Part shown: one piece after another, positions 19,001 through 27,297 of the stretch
Layout: every line of letters starts with the position of its first letter
Position numbering within the stretch: the first letter of the stretch is position 1
Virus record (IMG/VR): IMGVR_UViG_3300020473_000011
Coordinates: 217,558 to 281,557 of that record
Length of the DNA: 64,000 bases
Reading direction: 5' to 3' (one strand)
The notes under the pieces: model-generated
Told to the model about the DNA's origin: nothing
The model's database searches: none
Seen by the model: only the letters and a program-made list of their open reading frames with translations
Program-made: the position numbers and the translations under genes

Positions 19001-22000
19001 ATCATTTGAGGTGCCCACAGGCTTAGGCACTAGCGGATCAGTCGGTGCTGATGTTCGTGGTGCATTACGGCCATTCATAGGGTCGGCCGCCGCAGAGGTC
19101 GGAAACCCTCTGTTAGCCAGTATCGCATCGGCCATCGACGCTGTTGTGCTGCCTACTAAGTTGAAATTGAAGGATAGCGGGGCTTCCATCATGATGCGGT
19201 CAAGCGCATAACGTATAGCATACTTTAGCTCTTGTAATGCGTTTTGATTCGTCACTATATAGCGTAGTGTGTCGGCTATATGCGATTTAGTAGCACTTAC
19301 CTTGAAGAGCTGAACCAAGTGGTTTGACGCATGAAGCGACAAGGCACTTGTTGGCGCATAGCCAAGTGCGTCGGGTGCCGTGAAAGTATAGAGCTGCACA
19401 GGGTACGCCAGCATAGGCTCCGCGTATTGCATGCCACGACCTGTCACCGTCATGTTAACGTGCTTAGCGTCTCTCATGCGGTTAGCCGTCACTTGTAGGG
19501 CACTCATCGGCGCGCCTACCTTTGAGGTTAGGTGGCTTAGCTCTGCCATGGTCAGCTTTGTCGAGGCAAATGCGCGGTTGCTTTCTACGTACGAAGCTAA
19601 CCAGCGGTCTATTTTATCTTTCCCAGACCAGACACTACGTGTGGCATACGTACTATCAAAACCAGCTAGCGGTGCTTTAACACGCCATGATTTAATAACT
19701 TGTGAAAGTCCCAGTCTGTTCGTCTTAGTGAATGCCGAGCGTAGAGCCTCTAGCACGGTTTCCCCATGCGAAGAGGCTGACGAGGTGCCCTTTGTATCAC
19801 CTTGAAAGTCTGAACTACGGTGGAGTGATGCAAGCACTGTGTCATACCCCATCGCGATATGACGGCGAGCATGCGTGTAGTACTGCTGGTCGTAACCTAA
19901 TACCTCTTTTCGCTGGTATTGGCCAGCCACAAAAAGGCCATCAAAGGCTTGAAAGGGTACCTGATAGCGAATACCCCTCATATCTTCGTCAGCAATAGAG
20001 ATTGCACGCTTATCGCCTGTGAATAAAGCTGCTTGAGTCATGCTCTTTCGTGACGGGTAGGCCGCGCCGTATGACGCATTAGCACCCTCGTGGATAGACC
20101 TCGATACAAACGTAAAAGTCCATGTCTTGTAGGCAAGTCTACCCGCCAGCGTATTCAGTCCAATAAAGTACTGAACATCCGAATACGTCATCACGTTATG
20201 ATAAGTACGTGATGCAATTGTTCGATTGGTTTCACCGTTAGACAGTGCGCGACTGTAGTCAATATCTTGTGAAAAGCTGGTGCCTCGTTGCATTCCCTCA
20301 GAGTTAAGTAACTGGCGCTGAGCCGAGCGACTGTAGAGCATCATCATGCGCATGAACGGATCAGCCGTTGCTGCTTGCGTACCATGTATACCTGTTTTTG
20401 TGCTGTAACCCGAACGTGAAGTAAATTGACGCGCTAGGTAGGCGTGAGCCGTGTTTGCCCAGTTCCGAATGCTTGTCTGCTGGATCTCAAACTTAAAGTT
20501 ACCCACGGACAAGTCAACGTTCGACCTTAATAGCTTGTAGGACGCATCCATCGTGCGCACTGTTACGGTACTACCCAAGGCGTAGTTATGTTTGTTCGCA
20601 TGGTGTGCTGAACTACTTTGCATTACACGTGCTGAGTTATCATTTGTTTCATGGGATGTCTGGTAAAGGCCAACCATTGCATTTGTGTTCGTACTCGCAC
20701 GCGTAGACGGGGCGGAGATACCCACACGTTGAGGCTTAGCCTTGTAGTTGTCCCAAAAACCAGTCGTTAGCCTGACGTGGCGAACTTGGTCAACAGCGAA
20801 GCTTGGGATCTCAGGCGTCTTGTTCAAATCAGACGTCGACAGGTAGCATCGTATTTGATAACCCGTAAGTGTTCCATCTGCTGGTAACTGCTGTGGCTCG
20901 TTAGAGTATTCGGTGTACTTAGTTGTTAAAGACGATTGGTCACGATACTGTAGGCGGAACTCCGTAAGTACCGAGGTGCCCGTCGGTATGACTGAATACA
21001 ACGACGGTTCAACGCTCTGAATAACACGAAGAGACTCTACCTTAATGACATCAGATTCAAAGCTACCCACCCAGAAGCCACTCGCTTCCACAGGGTCTGA
21101 TAGAAATAGGCGCTTTTGGCCATCGCTATCATACTGGAAGTCTGTGCCTTTCATTTCACCGTGAATGTCATCATGTAACGCTACTTCATCAACAGGCTCG
21201 TAGACTTCGACTCGGCTCCTGAAATGAAGGCCATCCATCACGTTGTACTGACGCTCAAGTCGCAATTCTTCATCAGTTACCCATGCAACCTGCGTGCTTG
21301 ACTCCGTACCTTCGCTATCGGTAACAACCAATGTGCTGCCGTCACTAACAACCAATAATGGGTCACCGTCATGCCCTAGTGAAAAAGATTGGCTCTCGTA
21401 GTGCTCGCCCACAAGGCAATCACTAACACTCGGTAGATTAAAATAATCCGCCTTTTCTTCAAATAATATAACGGTCTCTGGTTGCTCACTATTAACTGCA
21501 CCGTTAGTCTTCTCAATAGACTGGATGACCGTTGAGACCTCTGCACCATCAGGCTCGCTGATGGCGACCATCGTCACGACATAATTACCATGCCATGTGC
21601 TGTAGTAACCTTTGCGCTGCACGACGATTGGGTCTTCGTTTAGGGTCTCTGATTCTACGCTGTATAAATCAACAAGTAGCGAGCTGGCAAGGTCTAAGCA
21701 GTAAACTTCACCCGTAACCCGTGCCGAGAAAACAACTAAAGAATTGTGAGCGTAAGCATGACCCACCTCGAAAGGAAGGGGCACCTCTTCAACGGTAAAC
21801 TCGTCAAATGAAATAAAGTAAACAGCCGTCGTTGATACCGCAACAATGCTACGAGAATAACCAAGCCACATTACGTGGTTTATATCGGCAACACCCTCTA
21901 CGTAACGAAATGGCGCAAAGACAAGGCAGCCATCAGGATCTTGCTGTACATAGAATACATCAATATGATTGCGAGTATTTCCTACCACCCACAACAGGTC

Positions 22001-22378
22001 TTCTGCCCACACGACATCGGTTGCAGGGTCGGAGAGGGTGATCGTTTGTTGATGCTCAAGGGTTGGAGAGAAGACCTCAATGGTTCCTCGGTCGGTCAGG
22101 ACTAAGACAACCTCTTTGCCTTCAATTGTACCGCTTATGGCACGCTTAGGGGCGTCGACCTCGACCACATAAACAATGTCATGGCCAAGCGGTGTTACGG
22201 CAACCACGTAGTTCTCAGCATGGTTATGCAGATACACGAGTCCTCTGTTATCGGGTATAACAGGCGCAACAAGCTGGTCTTTTTTATTAGACCACCATGA
22301 CCACTTACGGTCTAAATCGTCTACAAACGCTCTTAATTGAAGCGCGTCAATGCTTTCTCTTACACTCAAACTCGTCAC
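13052..22378 (-). CDS. Giant 3108-aa protein, putative virion structural or fibre protein
   Basis: 9.3-kb uninterrupted ORF; beta-rich N-terminal ~550 aa, then long Ser/Thr/Ala-rich quasi-periodic region and a 14-aa repeat tract. Function inferred from position only. Confidence 0.75.
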   Translation of the reverse strand: MTSLSVRESIDALQLRAFVDDLDRKWSWWSNKKDQLVAPVIPDNRGLVYLHNHAENYVVAVTPLGHDIVYVVEVDAPKRAISGTIEGKEVVLVLTDRGTIEVFSPTLEHQQTITLSDPATDVVWAEDLLWVVGNTRNHIDVFYVQQDPDGCLVFAPFRYVEGVADINHVMWLGYSRSIVAVSTTAVYFISFDEFTVEEVPLPFEVGHAYAHNSLVVFSARVTGEVYCLDLASSLLVDLYSVESETLNEDPIVVQRKGYYSTWHGNYVVTMVAISEPDGAEVSTVIQSIEKTNGAVNSEQPETVILFEEKADYFNLPSVSDCLVGEHYESQSFSLGHDGDPLLVVSDGSTLVVTDSEGTESSTQVAWVTDEELRLERQYNVMDGLHFRSRVEVYEPVDEVALHDDIHGEMKGTDFQYDSDGQKRLFLSDPVEASGFWVGSFESDVIKVESLRVIQSVEPSLYSVIPTGTSVLTEFRLQYRDQSSLTTKYTEYSNEPQQLPADGTLTGYQIRCYLSTSDLNKTPEIPSFAVDQVRHVRLTTGFWDNYKAKPQRVGISAPSTRASTNTNAMVGLYQTSHETNDNSARVMQSSSAHHANKHNYALGSTVTVRTMDASYKLLRSNVDLSVGNFKFEIQQTSIRNWANTAHAYLARQFTSRSGYSTKTGIHGTQAATADPFMRMMMLYSRSAQRQLLNSEGMQRGTSFSQDIDYSRALSNGETNRTIASRTYHNVMTYSDVQYFIGLNTLAGRLAYKTWTFTFVSRSIHEGANASYGAAYPSRKSMTQAALFTGDKRAISIADEDMRGIRYQVPFQAFDGLFVAGQYQRKEVLGYDQQYYTHARRHIAMGYDTVLASLHRSSDFQGDTKGTSSASSHGETVLEALRSAFTKTNRLGLSQVIKSWRVKAPLAGFDSTYATRSVWSGKDKIDRWLASYVESNRAFASTKLTMAELSHLTSKVGAPMSALQVTANRMRDAKHVNMTVTGRGMQYAEPMLAYPVQLYTFTAPDALGYAPTSALSLHASNHLVQLFKVSATKSHIADTLRYIVTNQNALQELKYAIRYALDRIMMEAPLSFNFNLVGSTTASMADAILANRGFPTSAAADPMNGRNAPRTSAPTDPLVPKPVGTSNDVVGINTRLDNGGNMPAAQKLVFSQAKGTSDVAELFYEVLSNWSIDSGVDKVRFTRALLSSDSAEDVSYLMSRLSTAGTDIINLVRDDQDVPAAELVKFLTAAYLTSSLPETVSYDARESNAFSSTIELLYNALARSSVADDDVTFTLNSQSGFISTVALRLFRDAAYKWQRAAFDVGTGNRVAQAQVVPFEMQSGSAWNYSDGLKIPSRVHRSTLAQAKGLGYVNHTIKKFATTIDLNKMGYLFSSEARLIPFGKHKASTKENTLQLHKVSGMSTRTDRLTFTVEKSRSGFMDAVPFAMGETKVSLNVVPLRLTEARSEAESVLEYYMAQTSINRFSTVPLRVQGFLGTSKSSTLVARGAKTGAELVKGQAFTLQPFTRVENKVDLRIIEVENYSLTASNFDVQRAGVPMFPQPVGMDVISGSTYYQDLVKLIRSQAISPKNTQTLDTALHASTTLMDSAQLAIDSGITRVLNGVDFETKSNTSTQINAVLIGRDAVSNIEAEAVAYNTNDWLKAVKSNLVDWAFSQLKAIPKGVFTKVDKNSRVLSDLVNFKLDKVGITIDELIKLVTADSISAHREELPFTKASWTNVQVGTQLVTSKLSSTQQDIYHRQGHDLNRKHVKAVTLTSEPSVRYWVDRIETSAVQRTSRLSSDASVVAGTDYASNLVETTVEYQTLRQAIEHGVASTVVMSQDTTADGLLYTRVAGGQTHYEDGLPLSTVKTTELQGSAKLTRGGHIRTELNNVSLASLTSYAAHLGERLLLVRDRQLTKEIGVNYQNQDALTILEQAVLLNRLAQRALQNKVTLSKESSMEIAGLQTTHMRLMDNFVEQLPEVANFNIAGSQIKAMNDVLMQSETSYNAIMNDVAMLVMEPHSLAMKHVESVVMRWAKYLADVTGTKLQINTMETAVELIKITMDNVPKIDTTSEVFGTTIRLADAHSKVMQPLINLHETMAVKEGYAENPVLTDVALEVLRGFNPKFAAVDLAKATDFHLAMAGAQMEKATTEHYKHMKIPSVTDALGRHMRVKTVKGYKPRDGKFMSTTYMSKFQPFALTMTKSDFHVSGSLQLINGRKALTRYVTQRIELTPWSQADSMRLKSIEMKVAKASLNLQEVKFDSLTGFRSTLSQKAEYWFPKFRHTFPYGLPNWLQDYGHISQSLGRSHIQSPYRASTDQIMGTQELELIKKKTDSLSLSQDILTKQVNPTTSTAVRMTGEQWVKPQQHAAPMMQGARYHQVMMPTAPSISIVGSAWVKMLDQIKGVGSSVLYKQSAMGQRIPVTVETDRWVIPTRTFVENYRLPKWTQRYDQHTLSRIIHSVQLEVSAVDVNRRYDQDVRTRPDVKITDVIRLRNAQAHDYVNKDFIRIESEYVNADVTYTKWSPFDVFSNAIHFEQLDNYSEVFSGTGYHQLSESRYATHTKFYQTLTSEMATKTDIKKRFTPHVRPTSTAYSLSLPVGVPLGHAANKAYVPIRDIVSTDFWIAMRRDGRGYSLLNDRPIGLRDKVSSSDIRITDMKRINPQNVSSIAKKIEIVLRKTITKLADSLDFERLAAPSESQLYQKWVANLTEVAIDHWDFKQQKVALSEKEHDEVVKVMRENWFGNQWYAQKPESMTEFYHAMRQALAETTDSYQSYKQSLESDSAIYNKLVQSDLVAPEIYNALLQAGLSVTQADMFFAQAKEVSKAHYMRLKQYQLGQGELFADVAQAGLGDTESYNKFDQSNLGDTALYDEYDQESVSAKRLDRLYEQYEQGLASLYSSLKAMGLSDARIDEAYAQATGAEAGGVLHSKYASYQDMVNAVGQAYEQYLLSDPVANMHYRMMKPMDTADYAKLVGNILPTFDIIDRYKQAAVAKSDDLFVEYAVDMATVLDSIDYSLMKPLPFHDRVDVNLPIKFRSEDFRRYKAGIVQIDLMQWLRDLRTKYREELIEKVQNGTARGTYSPRAAMIEAIRNGVVEPILYRDPDDGSWLYRRYTLGDTEYGYVIWGNLA

Positions 22379-22556
22379 CGTCTCAATAGAACCTGCTTAG
22401 TTAGCTTGCAGGCTGTCAGCTCAAATCTTGTCTCACATATATTCACTATTGTACAGTGCATCGCCAGTTGTAGCCAGTATTGTACAATGATTTGAAGGTC
22501 TGAGGGCTTCGCAGGTAGCGTGGGGCAGGCTAGACGATGGGCAGGTAATGCTGCAC

Positions 22557-22584
22557 AAAAAAGCCCGCGCGGGGCGGGCTTTTT
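22557..22584. terminator. Rho-independent terminator
   Basis: AAAAAAGCCCGC-gcggg-GCGGGCTTTTT. Confidence 0.8.
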
Positions 22585-22596
22585 AACGAGCTGCGT

Positions 22597-23817
22597 CTAC
22601 TTCTTCTTTTTAACTTCTGACTCTGGAATACCAGCGTCAACAAGATGAAGCATAATCAACTGCGTGTTGTATGGACCTGTCGGTTGGATGGCCACATAAC
22701 GACGGTACAGCTTCTCGCCAGAATCTGGGTCAGTCTCACCATACACGTGTACGTTAACTGGTAAGCCTGAGCTGATCACGTCTGCTGAGGTGAACGCAAC
22801 CATATCCATTTCTGATTTGAAGCGGAAACGTGCCGTGTTCAAGCGTGATGGGAATAAGATGGCGTAACGAGAACCCGCTTTTTCCACACTTGCAACACCG
22901 ATGTCACGCATTTCGATACGTGCTTGTTGTTGACGTAAGTTAACCACGGCGTTCGAGTCGCGGCTATTACGCCATGCGTCAGCTTGACGTGAAGGTGCAT
23001 TTACATCCTTCTCGCGTACAACAAAGCGCTTAACACAGATCGCACCGTTCTTAGTTGCGCCACTAATAGGCACATTATGCTGCTCAGCATACTCTTCGAA
23101 GAATTGCTGGTGGGCAGGCGTACGCTGGTTAGCCTCGTTAGAGATACCATACAACGCAAAGATCGGGTTACGACTACCAACAGGGTCAGCATCGCGAAGA
23201 GGCTCACCTGATGACTGGTCAACAGGGCGCTGAATAACGAACCAGCTTTGTGTCGGTGGATCACGCTGCTCGTCACCTTCTAACCACATACATAAGAAGA
23301 TACCGTAGTCTGTCACCGAGCCACGCCATGAAACAGGGTGTGCACGAAGGCGGCCTTTAACCACTGACGTATCGAAAAACGCACCTTGGCCGTTTTCAGA
23401 ACGCTTAGTTTCAACGGTATCAATATATGAGTACTCGTCGGCATGGCCTAGGTTACCCGATGGAATACCACGTGCATCCTGAATTACACCACCGTTACCT
23501 AAATCGCACTGTAGTAAGGTCGTTACCTGTGTCGAAATAGTTTGGTAGTTAAAGCTTGAATCAGCATGACCAGACTGGAACTGATTATTGCTGCTCATCT
23601 TGAGTGCAATCGGCTCATCTTCAAATAGATTTGTGCTATCACCAAGCGGCATGGCTAGGAAAGAGTAATCACTGTTATCAGTGAACTTCTCAAGCGAGTT
23701 CGGGAACTCATGTTTAATTTCCCAGCCCACAGTTTCCAACCAGCGCGCGATGTCGAATAACATCACGCGTAGGTCGCTGTAGCCGTATTTTACTGTACTG
23801 TCTACAGAAATTGACAT
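22597..23817 (-). CDS. QRPVD-family putative structural protein, A-type (406 aa)
   Basis: PTQSWFVIQRPVD, GSRNPIFALYGI, FVVREKDV, FPSRLNTARFRF, AFTSADVIS. Confidence 0.75.
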   Translation of the reverse strand: MSISVDSTVKYGYSDLRVMLFDIARWLETVGWEIKHEFPNSLEKFTDNSDYSFLAMPLGDSTNLFEDEPIALKMSSNNQFQSGHADSSFNYQTISTQVTTLLQCDLGNGGVIQDARGIPSGNLGHADEYSYIDTVETKRSENGQGAFFDTSVVKGRLRAHPVSWRGSVTDYGIFLCMWLEGDEQRDPPTQSWFVIQRPVDQSSGEPLRDADPVGSRNPIFALYGISNEANQRTPAHQQFFEEYAEQHNVPISGATKNGAICVKRFVVREKDVNAPSRQADAWRNSRDSNAVVNLRQQQARIEMRDIGVASVEKAGSRYAILFPSRLNTARFRFKSEMDMVAFTSADVISSGLPVNVHVYGETDPDSGEKLYRRYVAIQPTGPYNTQLIMLHLVDAGIPESEVKKKK

Positions 23818-23831
23818 TGTCTCACCTCAAC

Positions 23832-25748
23832 TTAAATTTGGTTATCTTTAATGGTACCTAGACGACCACCGTACCAACGCATTAGCATACGCATGCCTGT
23901 GTTGTACTTACCCGTCGAAGGTAGACCTTTATAAAGACGCGTCGTGCTTTCCCACTCACCGCCGTTTGCTTCACACGAAGCTTGGTCGGCATGGCCTGTC
24001 ACTGAACACACGCCTTCGTCGTACATAGCAAACTCAGAAAGTGCACCATTACTGATAACGTCCGCTGAGGTGTAGCCAATTAAGTCGGCTTCTTCTAGGT
24101 ACAGGTAGCGCTGCGTTGTTAAGCCTGACGGTACCGTGATTACGTACTCGTAATCTTCTGATACAGCAACTTGCTCAAACGTATTCAGCACCGCATTTGA
24201 ATCTGGCGCGTCTTCACCTGCGTTCAGCTCTTCACTTGGACGGTGGATGTCCGATTCACGTACCACGAAGTACATCGACTTCTGGAATTTCTCGTGATAA
24301 ACACCATACATACAGAAAAGTGGGCAGAATGACTTATTCTGGTCAACGAGTGGTGCACCTGTGTCCTTATCAACTAGACGTTGGATATTCAGCCAGCTAA
24401 AGCGGTGACCTTCATTCGTTTCGTATTGGTCAACAGCCTGATCCCATACTGCTAGAACAATACCGTGGTCAGACACAGTTAATGCGTAAGACATCGGAAC
24501 GTTTAGCGCGCCTTCCCGTGGATCACGTGCTTCACCATCGGTATCAAATGAGTTTTGCGCCATAGGGATCAACTCATAACGGCTGTTGTCATAAACTTCA
24601 ACACCGATGTTAGCTGTATCATCAATCGTCGTTAGATCCGTGATGGCGTGCTCTGTTAGCGTCCATACAGCATCACGCGCAGAGTCGTTAGCGAATTTAA
24701 CGCGCCAATCGAAGCTAAAGGCTGTGCCCGCATTCTTAACATCAATGCGCCAACCTTTTAGCTCTGAGTAGCTACCCTTCACAGTGAAGGCCACCTGCTG
24801 TGCTAGACCGTTTTCGTCACGTTCAGTACCTACTATAGCATCGGCGTCGATTGACGGTGGTAGGTCGCCCACTACTTTATAAGTAATGTAGCGCTGACCA
24901 TCTAGGTCTGCTAGGGTCTGGCTACCGTACTCTTTAAAGTAAAGCGTACACTTTCTTGGCTCGTATACAGGTTTCTTTAAGAGGTGGCCATAATCCGCGT
25001 CAGAAGGTGGCGTACGTTGTGAGTAACGACCTGATTCAGGGAAAGTCGCATTTAAGTCAACTTCCGATGCGTTCGTCATTTCGAACCATTCGATGTCAAG
25101 CTCGTACGTCACGCGACCCGATGTATCAAGACCCGCGACAGGTTCGATACGACGGCTGCCCCATACTTCTTGTGGTAGGCCACCACCTGATAACGGCTTT
25201 AAGTACCATTTAAGATTACCGTATGGGTCAGTTGATTGAACTTGAGTAACACGCGTATGATAAACCGCACGGTTAATAAAGCCATTTTCTTTATAGGCTT
25301 CATCAGTCATACGTAGACCGACAAAACCTAGCGTGCCCATCGTTGAGACTTGGTCAGCAAGATATTCTGTGTTCGGTGGAATATACGGAATTGCTGGTGC
25401 TTTTTTCTTGCCCCAGTCAATTTGCAGTGGTGTGGTTACGTTAATGTGACCCATACCATGGCCAATGCTATGTTGTGTATCAAAGCGGATAACCCAAGGT
25501 TGCTTCGCTTCAACACCATCCACACAAGCGTCGATATGCGGTGTAGCCTGAATAATGATCACGTCATTCGCAGGGCTGTTTGGATTTGTAAAGTCTAAGT
25601 CACTAATATCGGTAGGATAAGTGATCTCAAATGCGTTGTTATCTGCGCCATCGTAGAACTCTGTCAGGTCTTTTACAACAGACGTGAATAGCTCTCTTGG
25701 CGTCGCAAAACCGCCACGTGTGACGGAATACGGCTCAAATGCTGCCAT
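23832..25748 (-). CDS. QRPVD-family putative structural protein, B-type with large insertion (638 aa)
   Basis: PYSVTRGGF, PMSYALTVSDHG, QRLVDKDTGAPL, FVVRESDIHRPSE. Confidence 0.75.
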   Translation of the reverse strand: MAAFEPYSVTRGGFATPRELFTSVVKDLTEFYDGADNNAFEITYPTDISDLDFTNPNSPANDVIIIQATPHIDACVDGVEAKQPWVIRFDTQHSIGHGMGHINVTTPLQIDWGKKKAPAIPYIPPNTEYLADQVSTMGTLGFVGLRMTDEAYKENGFINRAVYHTRVTQVQSTDPYGNLKWYLKPLSGGGLPQEVWGSRRIEPVAGLDTSGRVTYELDIEWFEMTNASEVDLNATFPESGRYSQRTPPSDADYGHLLKKPVYEPRKCTLYFKEYGSQTLADLDGQRYITYKVVGDLPPSIDADAIVGTERDENGLAQQVAFTVKGSYSELKGWRIDVKNAGTAFSFDWRVKFANDSARDAVWTLTEHAITDLTTIDDTANIGVEVYDNSRYELIPMAQNSFDTDGEARDPREGALNVPMSYALTVSDHGIVLAVWDQAVDQYETNEGHRFSWLNIQRLVDKDTGAPLVDQNKSFCPLFCMYGVYHEKFQKSMYFVVRESDIHRPSEELNAGEDAPDSNAVLNTFEQVAVSEDYEYVITVPSGLTTQRYLYLEEADLIGYTSADVISNGALSEFAMYDEGVCSVTGHADQASCEANGGEWESTTRLYKGLPSTGKYNTGMRMLMRWYGGRLGTIKDNQI

Positions 25749-25936
25749 TGCTCATTTCCTCGTTACTTTAGTCTCAGCACCATTGATACGGCGATACTGC
25801 AATCTCAGGTGTAGTTATGATTGTACAACGGATGTGCAGGCGTTGTACAACGGAGACTATAAAAAACTTACAAGAAGCAACCTAGGGAAAAACTGCACAC
25901 TAGGCCACTTCGTCAATTAATACCTTAAAACGTTCT

Positions 25937-27283
25937 TTAGTTTTGAGGCGGTGCGTCAGCGTCGATCTCAGTCAGCATTAGAACCGTCATATTCGTGTTG
26001 TACGAGTTATTCGGTGTTAACGCTGTGTACTTACGATAGCGCGCTTGGTTCTCAAGTACCTTACCGTCGGCATCTTTCGCACCTTCGTTGTAAACATTTA
26101 CACGAATAGTAAGCTGTGGCGCGATAACGTCACTACTTGTATACGCGATCATGTCAAGGTCATGCTGATAGCGGAAGCGCTTAGTGTTTAAGCGGTTAGG
26201 GTACAAGATAACGTACTTTGCACCCGCCAAAATAAAGCTACCTTGGTTGGTGGTCTCTGAGCTAGCTCGGAACTCAACACGCGTCTGCTGTTGCACTTCG
26301 TTTAACCACGCATTCGAGTCACGCGTATTACGAGTGGCATCTTCTGGGTAAGTTGGTTTAAGTACGTCTTTTTCGCGCACAGTAAATTTCTGTACGATAC
26401 CCGATAGCGGACGTAACGACACAGGTGTTGCCATACCGATTGGCACTTGGCCATTCATATCGTAGGTGTACGTCGTGCGGTCGTCAGTAAAGCCATACGT
26501 ATCATAGATGTGTTTGTTGTAGATACCGTACATACAGAACACAGGGTTACGACTGCCTAGTGGATCAGGGTCTTGTAGGGCGTTACCTGTCTTTTGGTCA
26601 ACAGGACGCTGCACACAAACCCAAGATTGCGTAGGTGAGTCACCCGCTGATTGGTCGTCAGACTCAATCCAATAAGCGAACACAAAGCCACGGTTTGATA
26701 CTGATAAACGGAAGCTCATTGGGTAAGCTCGTAGCATTCCGTTGAACTCACGCACGTCGATGAAGTTCAACGTTTGGATATTGAAGCCATGCGCAGGGAT
26801 CGGGTCGTTCTTGATTGAGTTCACTGCTGATGACGCGCCCATCACAACCACATCGCGGTAGTTGTGTGGTACTGTATGCGGTGATTCACCTACGTGGCCA
26901 CACACATAGCCGCGAAGGTTAGGGATAGCCTCATCATAGTCATCACCTAATTGAAGTGGGGTTGCCACTTGGATCTGACAGGTGTACTGGCTATCGGCCG
27001 TCACACGAATACGCCAAGGTTCTTCATCGTGAAGCATGTTAACTGCATCAGTCGTTTCAAGCACGGCTTCGATGTTTTGTGGATTAGCTGGATCGAATGT
27101 GATTGGCGTACGTGTGATTAACGTAAAGCCATTCGCAATCATGAGTTGCAGCCAATCCGAGACCATTTCACGTACGTCGGTAAAACCGTCACGCGTCACA
27201 GTCGTTACAAATTGCGTATCACCACTTGTTAGTGGTGCTGCTAGGGTTGACGTGTAAACGTCACCGTTGATGTTTAGTGCCAT
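25937..27283 (-). CDS. QRPVD-family putative structural protein, A-type (448 aa)
   Basis: PTQSWVCVQRPVD, GSRNPVFCMYGI, YPNRLNTKRFRY, AYTSSDVIA. Confidence 0.75.
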   Translation of the reverse strand: MALNINGDVYTSTLAAPLTSGDTQFVTTVTRDGFTDVREMVSDWLQLMIANGFTLITRTPITFDPANPQNIEAVLETTDAVNMLHDEEPWRIRVTADSQYTCQIQVATPLQLGDDYDEAIPNLRGYVCGHVGESPHTVPHNYRDVVVMGASSAVNSIKNDPIPAHGFNIQTLNFIDVREFNGMLRAYPMSFRLSVSNRGFVFAYWIESDDQSAGDSPTQSWVCVQRPVDQKTGNALQDPDPLGSRNPVFCMYGIYNKHIYDTYGFTDDRTTYTYDMNGQVPIGMATPVSLRPLSGIVQKFTVREKDVLKPTYPEDATRNTRDSNAWLNEVQQQTRVEFRASSETTNQGSFILAGAKYVILYPNRLNTKRFRYQHDLDMIAYTSSDVIAPQLTIRVNVYNEGAKDADGKVLENQARYRKYTALTPNNSYNTNMTVLMLTEIDADAPPQN

Positions 27284-27297
27284 TAGTCAGCCCCTTC

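Noticed and set aside
14153-22105. Many plus-strand ORFs of 60-124 aa inside the giant gene
   Set aside because: Antisense shadows of a long coding frame; no RBS pattern or motifs
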